From contig WALU01000035.1 in NCBI GenBank assembly GCA_015522685.1, positions 1 through 64,000 on the forward strand: a stretch of 64,000 bases of DNA. Reading direction: 5' to 3'. This DNA comes from Thermoproteota archaeon. Its GTDB lineage: Archaea > Korarchaeota > Korarchaeia > Korarchaeales > Korarchaeaceae. The notes beneath the pieces were generated by a model. That model did not search any database. It was given only the letters and a program-made list of their open reading frames with translations, and had not been told where the DNA came from. Positions 48,078-58,539 of this stretch are shown here, piece after piece. Every line of letters starts with the position of its first letter. Position 1 is the stretch's first letter. A program made the position numbers and the translations under genes.

Positions 48078-48702
48078 TCGAGAACCGGAGATCATAAAGC
48101 GACTTTTGAGGAAGCAGGGTGCTCTGGTCGACAGAAAGAGAATTGAGATAGCAGATTATTTGGTTGGAGAGAATATATGCATAGAGAGGAAGGTTCTAAA
48201 TGATTTTATAAGATCCATCTACGATGGAAGGCTCTTTGATCAGATAGATCAGATGAAAAACAGCTGCAATATCATTATTGTTTTAATAGAAGAACCACAC
48301 TTTTATATAAGAGCTAATTCCAAGCCTCATTATTTAGGAGCCCTCTCCTCCTTGGTCCTTAGGGGTGTTTCTGTTGTTCATGTTGCTTCTCCCGACGATA
48401 CAGCTAGATTCCTTTTCTATCTAGCTAAAAAGGTTGAGGGAGAAAAGCCGTCAATAATCCCGGTAAGAAAGAGGAGGAGGCCTAAGTCATGGGAGGAGGC
48501 TTTCGCTGTGTTGACCAGTTTTCCAAGTATAGGTCCTAAATCTACTGAGAGACTCCTTAAAGAGTTTGGTACACTAAAAGAAGTGTTCAATGCTGATTTC
48601 GTTAGCCTTAAGAAGGTAATAGGTGAAGCCAAGGCAGAAAAGCTGAGAGAGGTCATTAATACGCCATTTAAACAAGTTAGGGAGACGAAGTTAGAGGATT
48701 AA
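48049..48702 (+). CDS. xpf: Short XPF/ERCC4 structure-specific endonuclease (nuclease + HhH)
   Basis: DDRE, ADYLV, IERK..NDF..SI.DGRLFDQ, FPSIGPK...RLL..FG. Confidence 0.9.
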   Translation: MIILRIVMDDREPEIIKRLLRKQGALVDRKRIEIADYLVGENICIERKVLNDFIRSIYDGRLFDQIDQMKNSCNIIIVLIEEPHFYIRANSKPHYLGALSSLVLRGVSVVHVASPDDTARFLFYLAKKVEGEKPSIIPVRKRRRPKSWEEAFAVLTSFPSIGPKSTERLLKEFGTLKEVFNADFVSLKKVIGEAKAEKLREVINTPFKQVRETKLED

Positions 48703-49997
48703 GGATATAGGCGAGTAGGTGTCCTTGGAAATGGTATGGCATTTCTTATATGTGGTAAACCAGCAATCCATCTAATAGTTCTCTCTATCCCAAGACCGAA
48801 TCCAGAGTGAGGTACGCTTCCATACTTCCTTAAATCAAGATACCACTTATAGTTGCTTGGATTCAAATTCTCTTCTCTTAATCTCATTAAGAGCTCCTCT
48901 TCTGAATTTATCCTCTGACCTCCACCTATTATCTCACCAATTCCTTCAGGGGCTAATAAATCGGCGCAAAGTACAACGTCAGGTCTCTTAGGATCGGGTT
49001 TATGATAGAAGGCCTTAGCCTTCTTGGGATACTTAGTAATGAATACAGGCAGATCAAATTCTAATGAAATTACTCTTTCGGTCTCTGTCCCGAGATCATC
49101 TCCCCATTCAATGGAGACTTCTTTTTTTCTAGCGATTTCTATGGCTTCGTCGTATGTTATTCTGGGAAATCTATTATCTGGAGGCTCAAATTTTCTATTC
49201 AAGGCCTCTAAAATATGACCTGCCCTCTCTACAACCTTCTGGGAGATATATCTAGTAAGAGATTCTGCTACATCCATCATTCCATTCAAATCGGCCCATG
49301 CCATCTCGGCCTCAGCATGCCAAAATTCGGTGAGGTGCCTTCTAGTTCTAGATTTTTCCGCTCTGAAGCTGGGTTGTATAGTATAAACATTCTCGAAGGC
49401 GAAGATAGCGGCTTCAAGGTAGAACTGGGAACTTTGTGTTAGATATGCTTTTTTGTTAAAATAGGGAACCTCAAACAATGTTGCTCCGCCTTCTACAGCA
49501 GTACCAACAAAAGTTGGACCCTCAAATCTTACAAATCCATTTTTTATAAACCATTCCTCCGCTGCTCTCAATACCTCCTTTCTTATAAGGAGAGTATTTC
49601 TCATTTTCGTAGTCCTGATGTGAAGATGCCTATTATCTAGGAGAAACTCCTCACCTGAATCTGGTTTTATAGGAAAATCATGAGACTCCCCGACCACTTT
49701 AATTCTTGAAGCAAGTATCTCTATACCTGTTGGAGACCTAGGATCCTTTCTTATTCTTCCCTCCACTAGCAAAGAAGATTCTATATCTGCTTGCCTAGCG
49801 CTCTCTACTTCCTCCTTAGACATAGATCCTTCCTTAGCAACCACTTGAACAACACCTGTGGAATCTCTAAGTCTCAGAAAGACTACTCCTCCAAGTTCGC
49901 TCTTCCTGTAAATCCATCCTGCTATTTTGACCGTATCTCCCTCCTTTAATCCTTGAAGCTCTTGAATAAAATGAGTTCTTTCACCGAATTTCCACAT
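48699..49997 (-). CDS. asnS: Asparagine--tRNA ligase
   Basis: FLRLRDSTG, LLDNRHL, LTQSSQFYLE, FRAEKSRTRRHLTEFW, GEIIGGGQR, WYLDLRKYGSVPHSGFGLGIER. Confidence 0.92.
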   Translation of the reverse strand: MWKFGERTHFIQELQGLKEGDTVKIAGWIYRKSELGGVVFLRLRDSTGVVQVVAKEGSMSKEEVESARQADIESSLLVEGRIRKDPRSPTGIEILASRIKVVGESHDFPIKPDSGEEFLLDNRHLHIRTTKMRNTLLIRKEVLRAAEEWFIKNGFVRFEGPTFVGTAVEGGATLFEVPYFNKKAYLTQSSQFYLEAAIFAFENVYTIQPSFRAEKSRTRRHLTEFWHAEAEMAWADLNGMMDVAESLTRYISQKVVERAGHILEALNRKFEPPDNRFPRITYDEAIEIARKKEVSIEWGDDLGTETERVISLEFDLPVFITKYPKKAKAFYHKPDPKRPDVVLCADLLAPEGIGEIIGGGQRINSEEELLMRLREENLNPSNYKWYLDLRKYGSVPHSGFGLGIERTIRWIAGLPHIRNAIPFPRTPTRLYP

Positions 49998-50067
49998 AGG
50001 GGGAACACCTATGTAGCACATTAAGTAGGGAATAAAAAGATGTAAAGGTCCAGATCCCGAGGTCTAT

Positions 50068-51393
50068 ATGGAGTTCAGATATGCGCTGGAGAAGTTAAAG
50101 GATAAGGGCTTATTGGAAATAATAAATGATCCCCTATCCGTAAAGTATGAAATAGCTGCTTATCTCAAGAGGTTAGATAAGCATAAAGCAGCTCTATTCA
50201 AGAAGCCATTATTGGTGGATGGTGGATATAGTATATTTCAGATTGCTGGAGGAGTTGCCACATCAAAGGAGACATTATCAACATCCTTAGGATTAACAAA
50301 TGAAAAGGAATTAAGAGAAAAAGTGATGACTGCACTAAAAAATCCTGTAAAATGGAGGGAAAGTGAACCTAAATGGAATAAGACTCATCTTGCAATCAAG
50401 AATCTTCCAATACTAAAACACTATATTGGTGAGCCAAAACCCTATATGACATCTTCTATTGTGATTTTCAGAGACGATAAGGATAATTTCTCATCATCAT
50501 ATCATAGGATGATGCCTATATCCAATAACAGGCTTGTTCTAAGAGCAGTAGAGGGAAGGAAGCTAAGTAGAACGATAAAGGAGTATGAAGAGGAGAATGT
50601 GGAGCTTCCTGTAGCTGTATCTATTGGTAGCCCAGTGGAGGTAATGATAGCTTCAGCTGTTCCAGCAGAGAATATAGATAAGGTCAAGATGGCTGGTGGT
50701 ATATCAGGATTTCCTGTAGAAATGTCTCATTGTGATAAGATAGATGCTTGGGCACCATCGTCATCTGAAATAGTGCTATGTGGCAGAATACTTCCGGGAA
50801 TGAGAGCTCCTGAAGGCCCATTTTATGAGATACTAGGAAAAGACATCGAGAGAATGCAGCCCGTCCTAGAGGTAAATGAGATTTATGCAAGAGAAAATGC
50901 TATCTATCAGGCAATATTACCTGCAAGTAGTGAACATGAGATTCTTATGGGTCTACCTGTAGAACCCCTGATCGAGGACAGAGTATCTGAAGTAGCTGAG
51001 GTCATTGATGTTTCCATGACGCCTGGTGGTGCAGGTTGGATAGAAGCAGCAATTTCCATAAAGAAAACTGAGCAGGATCAGCCCACTCTAGCAGGTTTAA
51101 TGGCTATATCGGCTCATAAGAGCTTAAAGAGGGTTATTATAGTTGATGAAGATGTAGATGTATCGAACTATGAAGAAGTATTAAGGGCTGTGTTACAGAG
51201 AGCGAACATCCCTGATGATTACAAAATAGTATCTGGGATAAGGGGTTCCTCCTTGGATCATAGCAATTTGAGGGAAATTTATCTTGATAATGAAAGCCAT
51301 ATAATAAAGCTTCCTCAAGGTAAGATGATAATAGATGCCACTAAAAAGGGCTCAAAGGAACTTATAGAGAAACCGAAGAATCCTTGCTTCTAG
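50068..51393 (+). CDS. UbiD family prFMN decarboxylase (candidate anhydromevalonate-phosphate decarboxylase)
   Basis: SSSYHRM, LPVAVSIG, PEGPFYE, KRVIIVDEDVD, GSSLD, IIDATK. Confidence 0.85.
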   Translation: MEFRYALEKLKDKGLLEIINDPLSVKYEIAAYLKRLDKHKAALFKKPLLVDGGYSIFQIAGGVATSKETLSTSLGLTNEKELREKVMTALKNPVKWRESEPKWNKTHLAIKNLPILKHYIGEPKPYMTSSIVIFRDDKDNFSSSYHRMMPISNNRLVLRAVEGRKLSRTIKEYEEENVELPVAVSIGSPVEVMIASAVPAENIDKVKMAGGISGFPVEMSHCDKIDAWAPSSSEIVLCGRILPGMRAPEGPFYEILGKDIERMQPVLEVNEIYARENAIYQAILPASSEHEILMGLPVEPLIEDRVSEVAEVIDVSMTPGGAGWIEAAISIKKTEQDQPTLAGLMAISAHKSLKRVIIVDEDVDVSNYEEVLRAVLQRANIPDDYKIVSGIRGSSLDHSNLREIYLDNESHIIKLPQGKMIIDATKKGSKELIEKPKNPCF

Positions 51394-51463
51394 TAAGCTT
51401 GCGTTAGAACATGAAGTTTATTTATCCATTTATCTAGAGAATAGAATAGAGGTAAGGGGGCAG

Positions 51464-52570
51464 TTGCCTAGATATAGAGCGATGACCGGGATAGTAAAAA
51501 CCAACGTACATGACCATAACATGTATACCATAAGGATGAGCGAGCTAGAGTCCTTACTTAAGGCTCTTAGTTATAGTATAATAGGGAGAATAGTGCAAGT
51601 TAGGCCGAAGGAAGCAGTAGATTTCATGTTTGGTAAGGGAAAAGTTGAGGAGATAAGAGAGAAGGTAAAGATGTTAGATCCTGATGTATTCGTCATTTAT
51701 AATACCTTATCAAGTAAGCAGAAGTGGAACCTGGAGAGGAGACTGGGTATAGAGGTAATTGATAGATATGATGTTACTTTGATGATATTTAGTGAAGCGG
51801 CGAGTGACATACTTTCAAAGCTTCAGATAGAACTTGCTACTCTGGAAAAAGCATTTCCATATGCTAAATTATCCGCTTCAATAAAATACAAGAGAGTGAG
51901 GGCAGGATTCAGGGGAGGCGGAGAATACGCTTATCATAAGCAAATTAGAGCCATACAAAGGAGAATTAAGTTACTAAGAAAGAAGATAGATAAGCTAAGC
52001 AATCAAAAAGAGCTTGAGATAATGAGAAGGTTAAGCGATGGGGCAAGTATAATTGTATTGACTGGTTATTACAATGCAGGTAAAACTAGCCTCTTCAATG
52101 CCTTAACTGGCTTCAATAAACCAGTCAGTGATGTACCATTTACAACTCTATCAAGCAAATATGGTGGTATAGAGGGGCTAAACACATATGTAGTAGATAC
52201 TATAGGGTTCGTTTTGGACCTAGACCCTAGGCTAATCGCTTCCTTCCAACTAAATCTACTTGACATAAAATGCTCTCAGAAGCAAGTACTGGTCATTGAT
52301 ATATCAGATAAGCCTGATCTAATGAGAGTTAAGGTTAGTGAAAGCCTAAAGATCCTTGGTAATTTGGGTAAGGAGAGAGACAGCCTTGTTATTGCTGCCA
52401 ACAAGGTAGATCTGATAGAAGGTTATCAGTATTCTCTAAGAGAGGACGTTCTTAGGAAAATATTGGGTAACAACGTGCCTATAATCCCTATTTCCACTAA
52501 AAAAGAACTAGGAATTGGAAATTTGGTTAAAGAGCTAGTAAGAAGAACTAAGATTCCAGTAGTAGAGTGA
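51464..52570 (+). CDS. hflX: GTPase HflX
   Basis: ELESL, FGKGKVEE, IDR..V.L.IF, KLQIELA, GGGEY, GYYNAGKT, FTTL, DTIGF, NKVD. Confidence 0.9.
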   Translation: MPRYRAMTGIVKTNVHDHNMYTIRMSELESLLKALSYSIIGRIVQVRPKEAVDFMFGKGKVEEIREKVKMLDPDVFVIYNTLSSKQKWNLERRLGIEVIDRYDVTLMIFSEAASDILSKLQIELATLEKAFPYAKLSASIKYKRVRAGFRGGGEYAYHKQIRAIQRRIKLLRKKIDKLSNQKELEIMRRLSDGASIIVLTGYYNAGKTSLFNALTGFNKPVSDVPFTTLSSKYGGIEGLNTYVVDTIGFVLDLDPRLIASFQLNLLDIKCSQKQVLVIDISDKPDLMRVKVSESLKILGNLGKERDSLVIAANKVDLIEGYQYSLREDVLRKILGNNVPIIPISTKKELGIGNLVKELVRRTKIPVVE

Positions 52571-52608
52571 TTCCATTTTCGAAATATTTTTATTTAAGAA
52601 ATAAGCCC

Positions 52609-53166
52609 ATGATCATTATGGTACATCCAAGAGAAAGTAAGTATGTAGCAATGACGGCAATTTTAGGTGCTTTGGGTAATGTACTAGCACTTATATCCAT
52701 GATTTTAGGTAATATACATCCACAGATAGCAATAGATCTATCTCATTTAGCCACAGTATTTGCAGCTTATATGATGAGTCCATTATGGGCAACTCTCGTT
52801 GGAGCTTTAATCTCAATAGCACCTTTCGTTAGATTTGGACTGATGGGCGGAATAGGTCCAATTGCAGGATCTCTTATATTTCCAGGGAAAGCTTTAACAG
52901 GTTTCTTTACAGGTCTACTAGCTAAAAAGATAAAGCATCCTATGATAGCATTAGGAGTAGGATACATTCCAGAGTCGATATTTACTTGGTTGAGCTTCAA
53001 GATATGGATTCCTCTTTTAGCACCTCAATCCAGTGGATGGTTAACTGATGCAATTATCTATGGGATATTGATTAAGGCATGGATAGAGATACTATCTATC
53101 GGGATAACATCCGAGATCCTCCTTCCCAAGATAAGAAACGTGATACCCAATAGCTTTATAAATTAA
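52609..53166 (+). CDS. ECF transporter S-component-like membrane protein
   Basis: 'VAMTAILGALGNVL', 'IDLSHL', about six TM segments; start uncertain (52567/52609/52618). Confidence 0.65.
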   Translation: MIIMVHPRESKYVAMTAILGALGNVLALISMILGNIHPQIAIDLSHLATVFAAYMMSPLWATLVGALISIAPFVRFGLMGGIGPIAGSLIFPGKALTGFFTGLLAKKIKHPMIALGVGYIPESIFTWLSFKIWIPLLAPQSSGWLTDAIIYGILIKAWIEILSIGITSEILLPKIRNVIPNSFIN

Positions 53167-54009
53167 TTTAGCGACTAAATAGGCATCGGATCTAATGCCA
53201 GGACATGGAGAAAACTCTACAAAATCCATAGATACGACCTCGGTCCTCTTAATGATATCCCTTATCAATCTAGTTAGTTCTAAATAGGTAAGACCTCCTG
53301 GCTCAGGAGTGCCAATGCAAGGGACTTGAGGCGGGTCTAATACATCTATATCTACGCTTATATATGCTTTCTTGCCCCTTATCGCATTGAGAATTTCTAT
53401 CAGATCATTTCTATCTACCTCATTCCTTTTTATAACCTTAACATTTTTAACGCCATCTAATTCGTTTTTCTCTTCCCATCCGAGAGTTCTAATTCCATAT
53501 ACTATTACTTGATCGACAATTTCACTTGCTCTCTTTGACACTGTAGCATGAGATATATTTCTTCCTCCATAACTGTCGTAGAAATCTGCATGAGCATCGA
53601 GAACTATCAGTACGTCTATATAATCCTTCAATGCTTTTATGCCTCCTAGAGATACCGTATGTTCTCCCCCTAGCAAAATGGGAACCTTTCCATCTTCTCT
53701 TATATTAGTTATAACGTCTTTAACTAATTTTACCATGCTCTCTGGATTTAGCTCTAAGATCGATATTTCTGGTATGGTATATATGCCTGCCTCCAATGGA
53801 ATGCAATTTAGTTCAAGATCAAATGGATCGAGGTATTCTGAGGCTTCTATAACAGAAGAGGGACCAAATCTAGATCCGACCCCCCAAGATGAAGTTGAAT
53901 CATAGGGAGCACCTATTATAACGTAGTTAGCTTCCTCGTAGCTTATAGAAGAAGATAAAAAGCTGTGAGGAACTATACTTTTTCTATAACTTTCCAATTT
54001 TACCACCAT
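53092..54009 (-). CDS. speB: Agmatinase (ureohydrolase)
   Basis: GAPYDST, GGEHT, DAHAD, SHAT, DIDVLDP, GTPEPGG, DFVE. Confidence 0.92.
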   Translation of the reverse strand: MVVKLESYRKSIVPHSFLSSSISYEEANYVIIGAPYDSTSSWGVGSRFGPSSVIEASEYLDPFDLELNCIPLEAGIYTIPEISILELNPESMVKLVKDVITNIREDGKVPILLGGEHTVSLGGIKALKDYIDVLIVLDAHADFYDSYGGRNISHATVSKRASEIVDQVIVYGIRTLGWEEKNELDGVKNVKVIKRNEVDRNDLIEILNAIRGKKAYISVDIDVLDPPQVPCIGTPEPGGLTYLELTRLIRDIIKRTEVVSMDFVEFSPCPGIRSDAYLVAKLIYKAIGYHVSYLGKEDLGCYPDR

Positions 54010-54173
54010 TATTTAGGTATTTCCTGATATTTCATCAGAACCTGGAGAGGGTATTAATTAGCTTAAGTTATCATGTATGAGTATCATGACAACATAGTAT
54101 ATGCTATATTTTTAAATAGGCAGCAACTCAAAAAGTAGTAGCCCCCTCACGGGCAGTGCAAGAGGTGAGCAAT

Positions 54174-54428
54174 ATGGTAACGAGAAGAGTTGGTGTTCCC
54201 ATGACTGATCGGGTACTTGAGTTCTTAGAGGAGAAGAGGCCTGGTCTTAAGGCCAATGTATGGAAGATTTTCTATCCAATGAGAGAGGAGCAGCCTATAG
54301 AAGTCAGTGTGAAGCCTGGCTCCCTAGCTGGCGAAACCCTCGAACTTGAGTTTGAGGGAAAGAGGCTCATTGTCAAAGAGGAGACTGTCGAAAGGAGACC
54401 TACTAGGACTGGAGCAGGGGCATACTGA
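54174..54428 (+). CDS. Small hypothetical protein (84 aa)
   Basis: Strong SD GAGGTGA, TATA-like TTTTAAATA upstream, T-rich downstream region. Confidence 0.75.
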   Translation: MVTRRVGVPMTDRVLEFLEEKRPGLKANVWKIFYPMREEQPIEVSVKPGSLAGETLELEFEGKRLIVKEETVERRPTRTGAGAY

Positions 54429-54527
54429 GCCCCTATAAATCCTATTTTAGTTTAAAGCTTATTTCTAAATGAGCTTTTTGTTTAACAATGTTTATAGGGA
54501 ATTTCCCATATATCTTTATGGTGCCTG

Positions 54528-54818
54528 TTGATGGGCCTAAGAATCCCTATTATTATACCTGTATCGAAACCATCTAAGGGATCAGCAGGTAAGACAGGGT
54601 TATGGAGGGTAGAGAGACCCGTAATCAATGAAGATAAATGCATCAAATGCTGGTTATGCTGGCTATATTGTCCAGAAGATGTAATCTCAGAGGGAAAGAA
54701 CGGCTTCCCTCAAATAGATCTGACATTCTGTAAGGGCTGTGGAGTTTGCGCCGATGTATGTCCAGTAGGTGCAATAAAAATGGTGAAGGAGGAGAGAGAA
54801 GATGAGCATAGAAGGTAA
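54528..54818 (+). CDS. porD: Pyruvate/ketoisovalerate:ferredoxin oxidoreductase delta subunit
   Basis: KTGLWRVERPVI, CIKCWLC...CP, CKGCGVC...CP. Confidence 0.88.
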   Translation: MMGLRIPIIIPVSKPSKGSAGKTGLWRVERPVINEDKCIKCWLCWLYCPEDVISEGKNGFPQIDLTFCKGCGVCADVCPVGAIKMVKEEREDEHRR

Positions 54819-56031
54819 GTGGGAGATCATAACTGGAAATCATGCTGCTGCCATAGCAGCGAAGCTAGCTAGAGTCAAAGTTGTTGCAGCTTACCCAATT
54901 ACTCCTCAAACAACAATAGTCGAGTATATTGCTTCTCTTGTAGAATCTGGCTATATGAATGCGGAGTACATAAGAGTAGAAAGCGAACATAGTGCTATGG
55001 CTGCTGTTATAGGTGCATCAGCGGCTGGTGTTAGAACATTCACCGCGACTGCAAGTCAAGGATTATTGTTAATGTCAGAGGTTGTTCATTGGGCGGCTGG
55101 TTCTAGGCTTCCCATAGGGATGGCCATAGTCAATAGGGCAGTTGGCCCACCTTGGAGCATACATGTGGATCACCAGGATTCGATGTCTCAGAGAGATACG
55201 GGCTGGCTTCAGATGTATATATCATCGAATCAGGAGGTGCTTGATACCATGTTAATGATGTATAAGGTGGCAGAGCATCCAGATGTCCTCCTTCCATTTA
55301 TGGTATGCCTTGATGGATTTGTCTTAAGCCATACGTATATGCCTGTTAACATACCTAGTCAGGAGGAGGTCGATGACTTCTTGCCCCCTTATAAACCACC
55401 TCATTGGAAACTCGATCCAGAATCACCGATAACCTTTGGAAATCTTGCTTTGCCGAATGAATATCAAGAAATGAGATGGTCCATGGACTTATCAATGAAA
55501 AGATCTCTTGAACTCGTAGAAGATGTTGCAGAAGAGTTCTCTCGTAAGTTTGGCAGGTACTATGGTGGGGCTACATGGAAGTATAAGACTCAAGATGCAG
55601 ATTACATGATAATAACTTCTGGGACTATGGCCTCCGAAGCGGAGGTAGCAGTGGATAAGCTTAGAGAGGAAGGAATGAGTGTTGGTTTGCTAAAAATAAG
55701 ATCTTTTAGACCTTTTCCTCACAGAGATGTTGTAGAAACCTTACAGGATAAGAAAGGAGTTATAGTTATAGATAGAAGCATATCCTTCAGCTCTGGTGGG
55801 CCTATAGGGATAGAGACAAGATCTTCTCTGTATAACTTATCAGGCAGACCTCCTATTGCCAACTATATAACAGGACTTGGCGGCAGAGATGTCACTTATC
55901 AAGATATAATAGCCACCTTGAAAGACGGGGTTGGAAGAATAACATCTGGTAGGCTAAGGAGATTATACTATTGGTTTAAGCTGAAACCTGAGTATGAAAA
56001 GATTGAACTCTCTGAGGAGGCAGCAATATGA
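54802..56031 (+). CDS. porA: Pyruvate/ketoisovalerate:ferredoxin oxidoreductase alpha subunit
   Basis: AAYPITPQT, VESEHSA, TASQGL, DGFVLSH, GLGGRD. Confidence 0.9.
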   Translation: MSIEGKWEIITGNHAAAIAAKLARVKVVAAYPITPQTTIVEYIASLVESGYMNAEYIRVESEHSAMAAVIGASAAGVRTFTATASQGLLLMSEVVHWAAGSRLPIGMAIVNRAVGPPWSIHVDHQDSMSQRDTGWLQMYISSNQEVLDTMLMMYKVAEHPDVLLPFMVCLDGFVLSHTYMPVNIPSQEEVDDFLPPYKPPHWKLDPESPITFGNLALPNEYQEMRWSMDLSMKRSLELVEDVAEEFSRKFGRYYGGATWKYKTQDADYMIITSGTMASEAEVAVDKLREEGMSVGLLKIRSFRPFPHRDVVETLQDKKGVIVIDRSISFSSGGPIGIETRSSLYNLSGRPPIANYITGLGGRDVTYQDIIATLKDGVGRITSGRLRRLYYWFKLKPEYEKIELSEEAAI

Positions 56032-56915
56032 CGCTAACAATTCACGATCTTAGGAAGAGAAGCGGCTCTTACCTATCTGGATCAGCGGGATGCCCTGGTT
56101 GTGGTGCAACATTGGCTTTTAGGATAGCTTCTAGGGTATTAGGTCCTGACACAGTCTATATAGTACCAGCATGCTGCTTTAGCGTTATACAAGCACCTTA
56201 TCCTAAGAGCGCAATCTCAGCTCCTCTCTATAATATAGCATTTGCTGCTGCAGCTGCAACCGCCTCGGGTGTATACAGAGCTTATAGGATCTTAGGAAAG
56301 GATATAAATGTAGTAGCGTGGGCTGGAGATGGAGGGACTGTAGATATAGGCATACAAGCCTTATCAGGAGCTGCTGAAAGGGGCGAAAATATAATATATG
56401 TATGTTATGATAATGAGGCTTACATGAATACGGGAATCCAGAGGTCTGGAGCTACTCCCCTCAAAGCTTGGACTAAAACTACACCTATGGGAAAGAGGAA
56501 GATGCCAAAGGATATGCCTATGATAGTAGCTGCTCACAGAGTTCCTTACGTGGCAACAGCTAGTGTTGGATATCCCTTTGATCTAGCCAGCAAGTTTGAT
56601 AAAGCAAAGGAAATAGAGGGTTTTAAGTATATTCATATATTCTCGCCTTGCCCGCCAGGCTGGAATTCTCCAGTTAGTAAGACAGCGGAGATCGGTAAAC
56701 TAGCCGTTGATACATATTTTTGGCCCTTATATGAAGTAAAGAATGGAAAATTGAGGATAACTGTCAAACCCAGGAAACGTCCTCTAAAAGAATTCTTGGA
56801 TCTTCAAGATAGATTTAGAGGACTTTCAGATAAAGAGGTTGCATTGCTGGAGGAAATAGTTATGGAGAAGTGGAATTTTCTCCTTCATCTGGAGAAATCA
56901 GAGAGAATATTCTAG
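56028..56915 (+). CDS. porB: Pyruvate/ketoisovalerate:ferredoxin oxidoreductase beta subunit
   Basis: CPGCG, GDGGT.DIG.QALSG, YDNEAYMNTGIQRS, PCPPGW. Confidence 0.9.
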   Translation: MTLTIHDLRKRSGSYLSGSAGCPGCGATLAFRIASRVLGPDTVYIVPACCFSVIQAPYPKSAISAPLYNIAFAAAAATASGVYRAYRILGKDINVVAWAGDGGTVDIGIQALSGAAERGENIIYVCYDNEAYMNTGIQRSGATPLKAWTKTTPMGKRKMPKDMPMIVAAHRVPYVATASVGYPFDLASKFDKAKEIEGFKYIHIFSPCPPGWNSPVSKTAEIGKLAVDTYFWPLYEVKNGKLRITVKPRKRPLKEFLDLQDRFRGLSDKEVALLEEIVMEKWNFLLHLEKSERIF

Positions 56916-58472
56916 ATATTCTGTGTTGCTCCCTTCCTCAGTTTTATTTTCCTTCTTCTTTCCCTTAAATGCAATTATTAGGCCAATTGGTATAGCTAGA
57001 GTCAAAGCATCGATCACTAATCCCACAAATACTATTAGCATTGAAATGAGAGCTCCTTCCCTTGTTTTTTGCTTGTTGATTATATTCAGCGCCTCTTCAG
57101 AGGCTGGATTAAACCAGTAGGTTGATTTAGCATACCTCTCGGCTGTCTGTATTAGCTCCAACGTCTCCCTATCGAGTGACTTCACCTTTATTCCATAGGA
57201 TCTAAAGAATCCCAAGACATCTTTGCCAGTAGCCTCGCTCAGATATTTGACGAATTTAGGGAGATCACCAACAACAGCTTTATCTCTTCTGACATTAAAA
57301 AAGAACCTCTTGTACACATCTGGTCCACCGTACCTCTTGGCGAAGTCTCTGATCAAGATCTCGCTAGCTGAATAGTAAAGTCCTGGATTACCTGGAAGCC
57401 CACCTCCATGCCACTCAACCAAGAAGCTGAAATCCCCCCCGGTTTGGGCCATTACTGCTTCTACATTGATCTCTTCTGGGACTTTGTATCCCAAGGCCTC
57501 TTCGACTATAACTTTACTCAAGTATTGAGCCAGCCCTTCATGAGCCCATCTAAGATTCACACTGAGGCCAGCGACCTGCATATATTGATGAAGAAGTTCA
57601 TGGACGAATGTCGTTGGAAGCTCATAGTACGGCATCCTAACAAGCATCATATTCAGGTTTATTTCTCCTTGGGTAATGACATCAGATGTATATCTAGGTC
57701 CGGTGTATCCTAACGTTGTTATTTCTTCCATGGTGGCTGGAACGAACAGTTTTACCTCTATTGGGATCTCCTCATTAACAGATGTGTATTTTTCTATTAG
57801 AGGAAGGGTCGCCTTGTAATATTTTGTAATATTCTCAATAACATCTTGGTATCTAGAAGGATATTTTATCTTCAGCTTTCCTATATCCTCTTCTTTGAAC
57901 TTCTGACCATCATGCACATTCAATGATATTAGGACCCTCATGGTGTTGTTTGTGGCTCCATTTAGCCTGTATCTGATTACATTATTTTCATTTTCTTTTG
58001 ATATTTCATATCCTTTCGGTTCAATTCTTTTAGAAATAAATTTATTGGGAAGTTTTACTACAACTATTGCGTTGTCTTTAGGATCAAAAGCTATCTGAGT
58101 GGAGAAGAATGCACCATTAGGCTCCACTATGAGAGCTCCGAACCTGTAACTCCATGCTATTAAAACCTTAGTCCTCGGCGTATACGAAAATGTTAGATTA
58201 GAGTAAAAGTAGTAGGAAGTATTCCTTATTAATTTACGATTTTTTATAGATCCAGATACTACTGTTATGTTATAGCTCCTAAACTTAGGAACCAAAACCC
58301 ACGTGAAGCCAGAGTTGTTAGATTCGAATTCTGTCGTTATACTTATCCAACCACTATCTCTGACGATATATGTATAGGTAAAAAGTCCTTTGCCTTCCAT
58401 ATGAGATGCAGAGACAGGAAAGCTAGGAATGATCAACAAGGTTATCAGGATCAGCAGACCTTTCCATTTCAT
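56898..58472 (-). CDS. Secreted membrane-anchored gluzincin (M1/MA-like) metallopeptidase
   Basis: Signal peptide, HELLHQ...WAHEGLAQY (HExxH+E), downstream Tyr, C-terminal TM. Confidence 0.8.
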   Translation of the reverse strand: MKWKGLLILITLLIIPSFPVSASHMEGKGLFTYTYIVRDSGWISITTEFESNNSGFTWVLVPKFRSYNITVVSGSIKNRKLIRNTSYYFYSNLTFSYTPRTKVLIAWSYRFGALIVEPNGAFFSTQIAFDPKDNAIVVVKLPNKFISKRIEPKGYEISKENENNVIRYRLNGATNNTMRVLISLNVHDGQKFKEEDIGKLKIKYPSRYQDVIENITKYYKATLPLIEKYTSVNEEIPIEVKLFVPATMEEITTLGYTGPRYTSDVITQGEINLNMMLVRMPYYELPTTFVHELLHQYMQVAGLSVNLRWAHEGLAQYLSKVIVEEALGYKVPEEINVEAVMAQTGGDFSFLVEWHGGGLPGNPGLYYSASEILIRDFAKRYGGPDVYKRFFFNVRRDKAVVGDLPKFVKYLSEATGKDVLGFFRSYGIKVKSLDRETLELIQTAERYAKSTYWFNPASEEALNIINKQKTREGALISMLIVFVGLVIDALTLAIPIGLIIAFKGKKKENKTEEGSNTEYLEYSL

Positions 58473-58539
58473 TTCACAATACCAGAGACAGAAAGAGGGG
58501 ATATCTATTTAACTTAACCGGCCCTAAATAGGGGATTGT

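Noticed and set aside
54025-54039. CTGAT-N5-ATCAG inverted repeat upstream of speB
   Set aside because: Only 5-bp arms and a single instance; within chance expectation.
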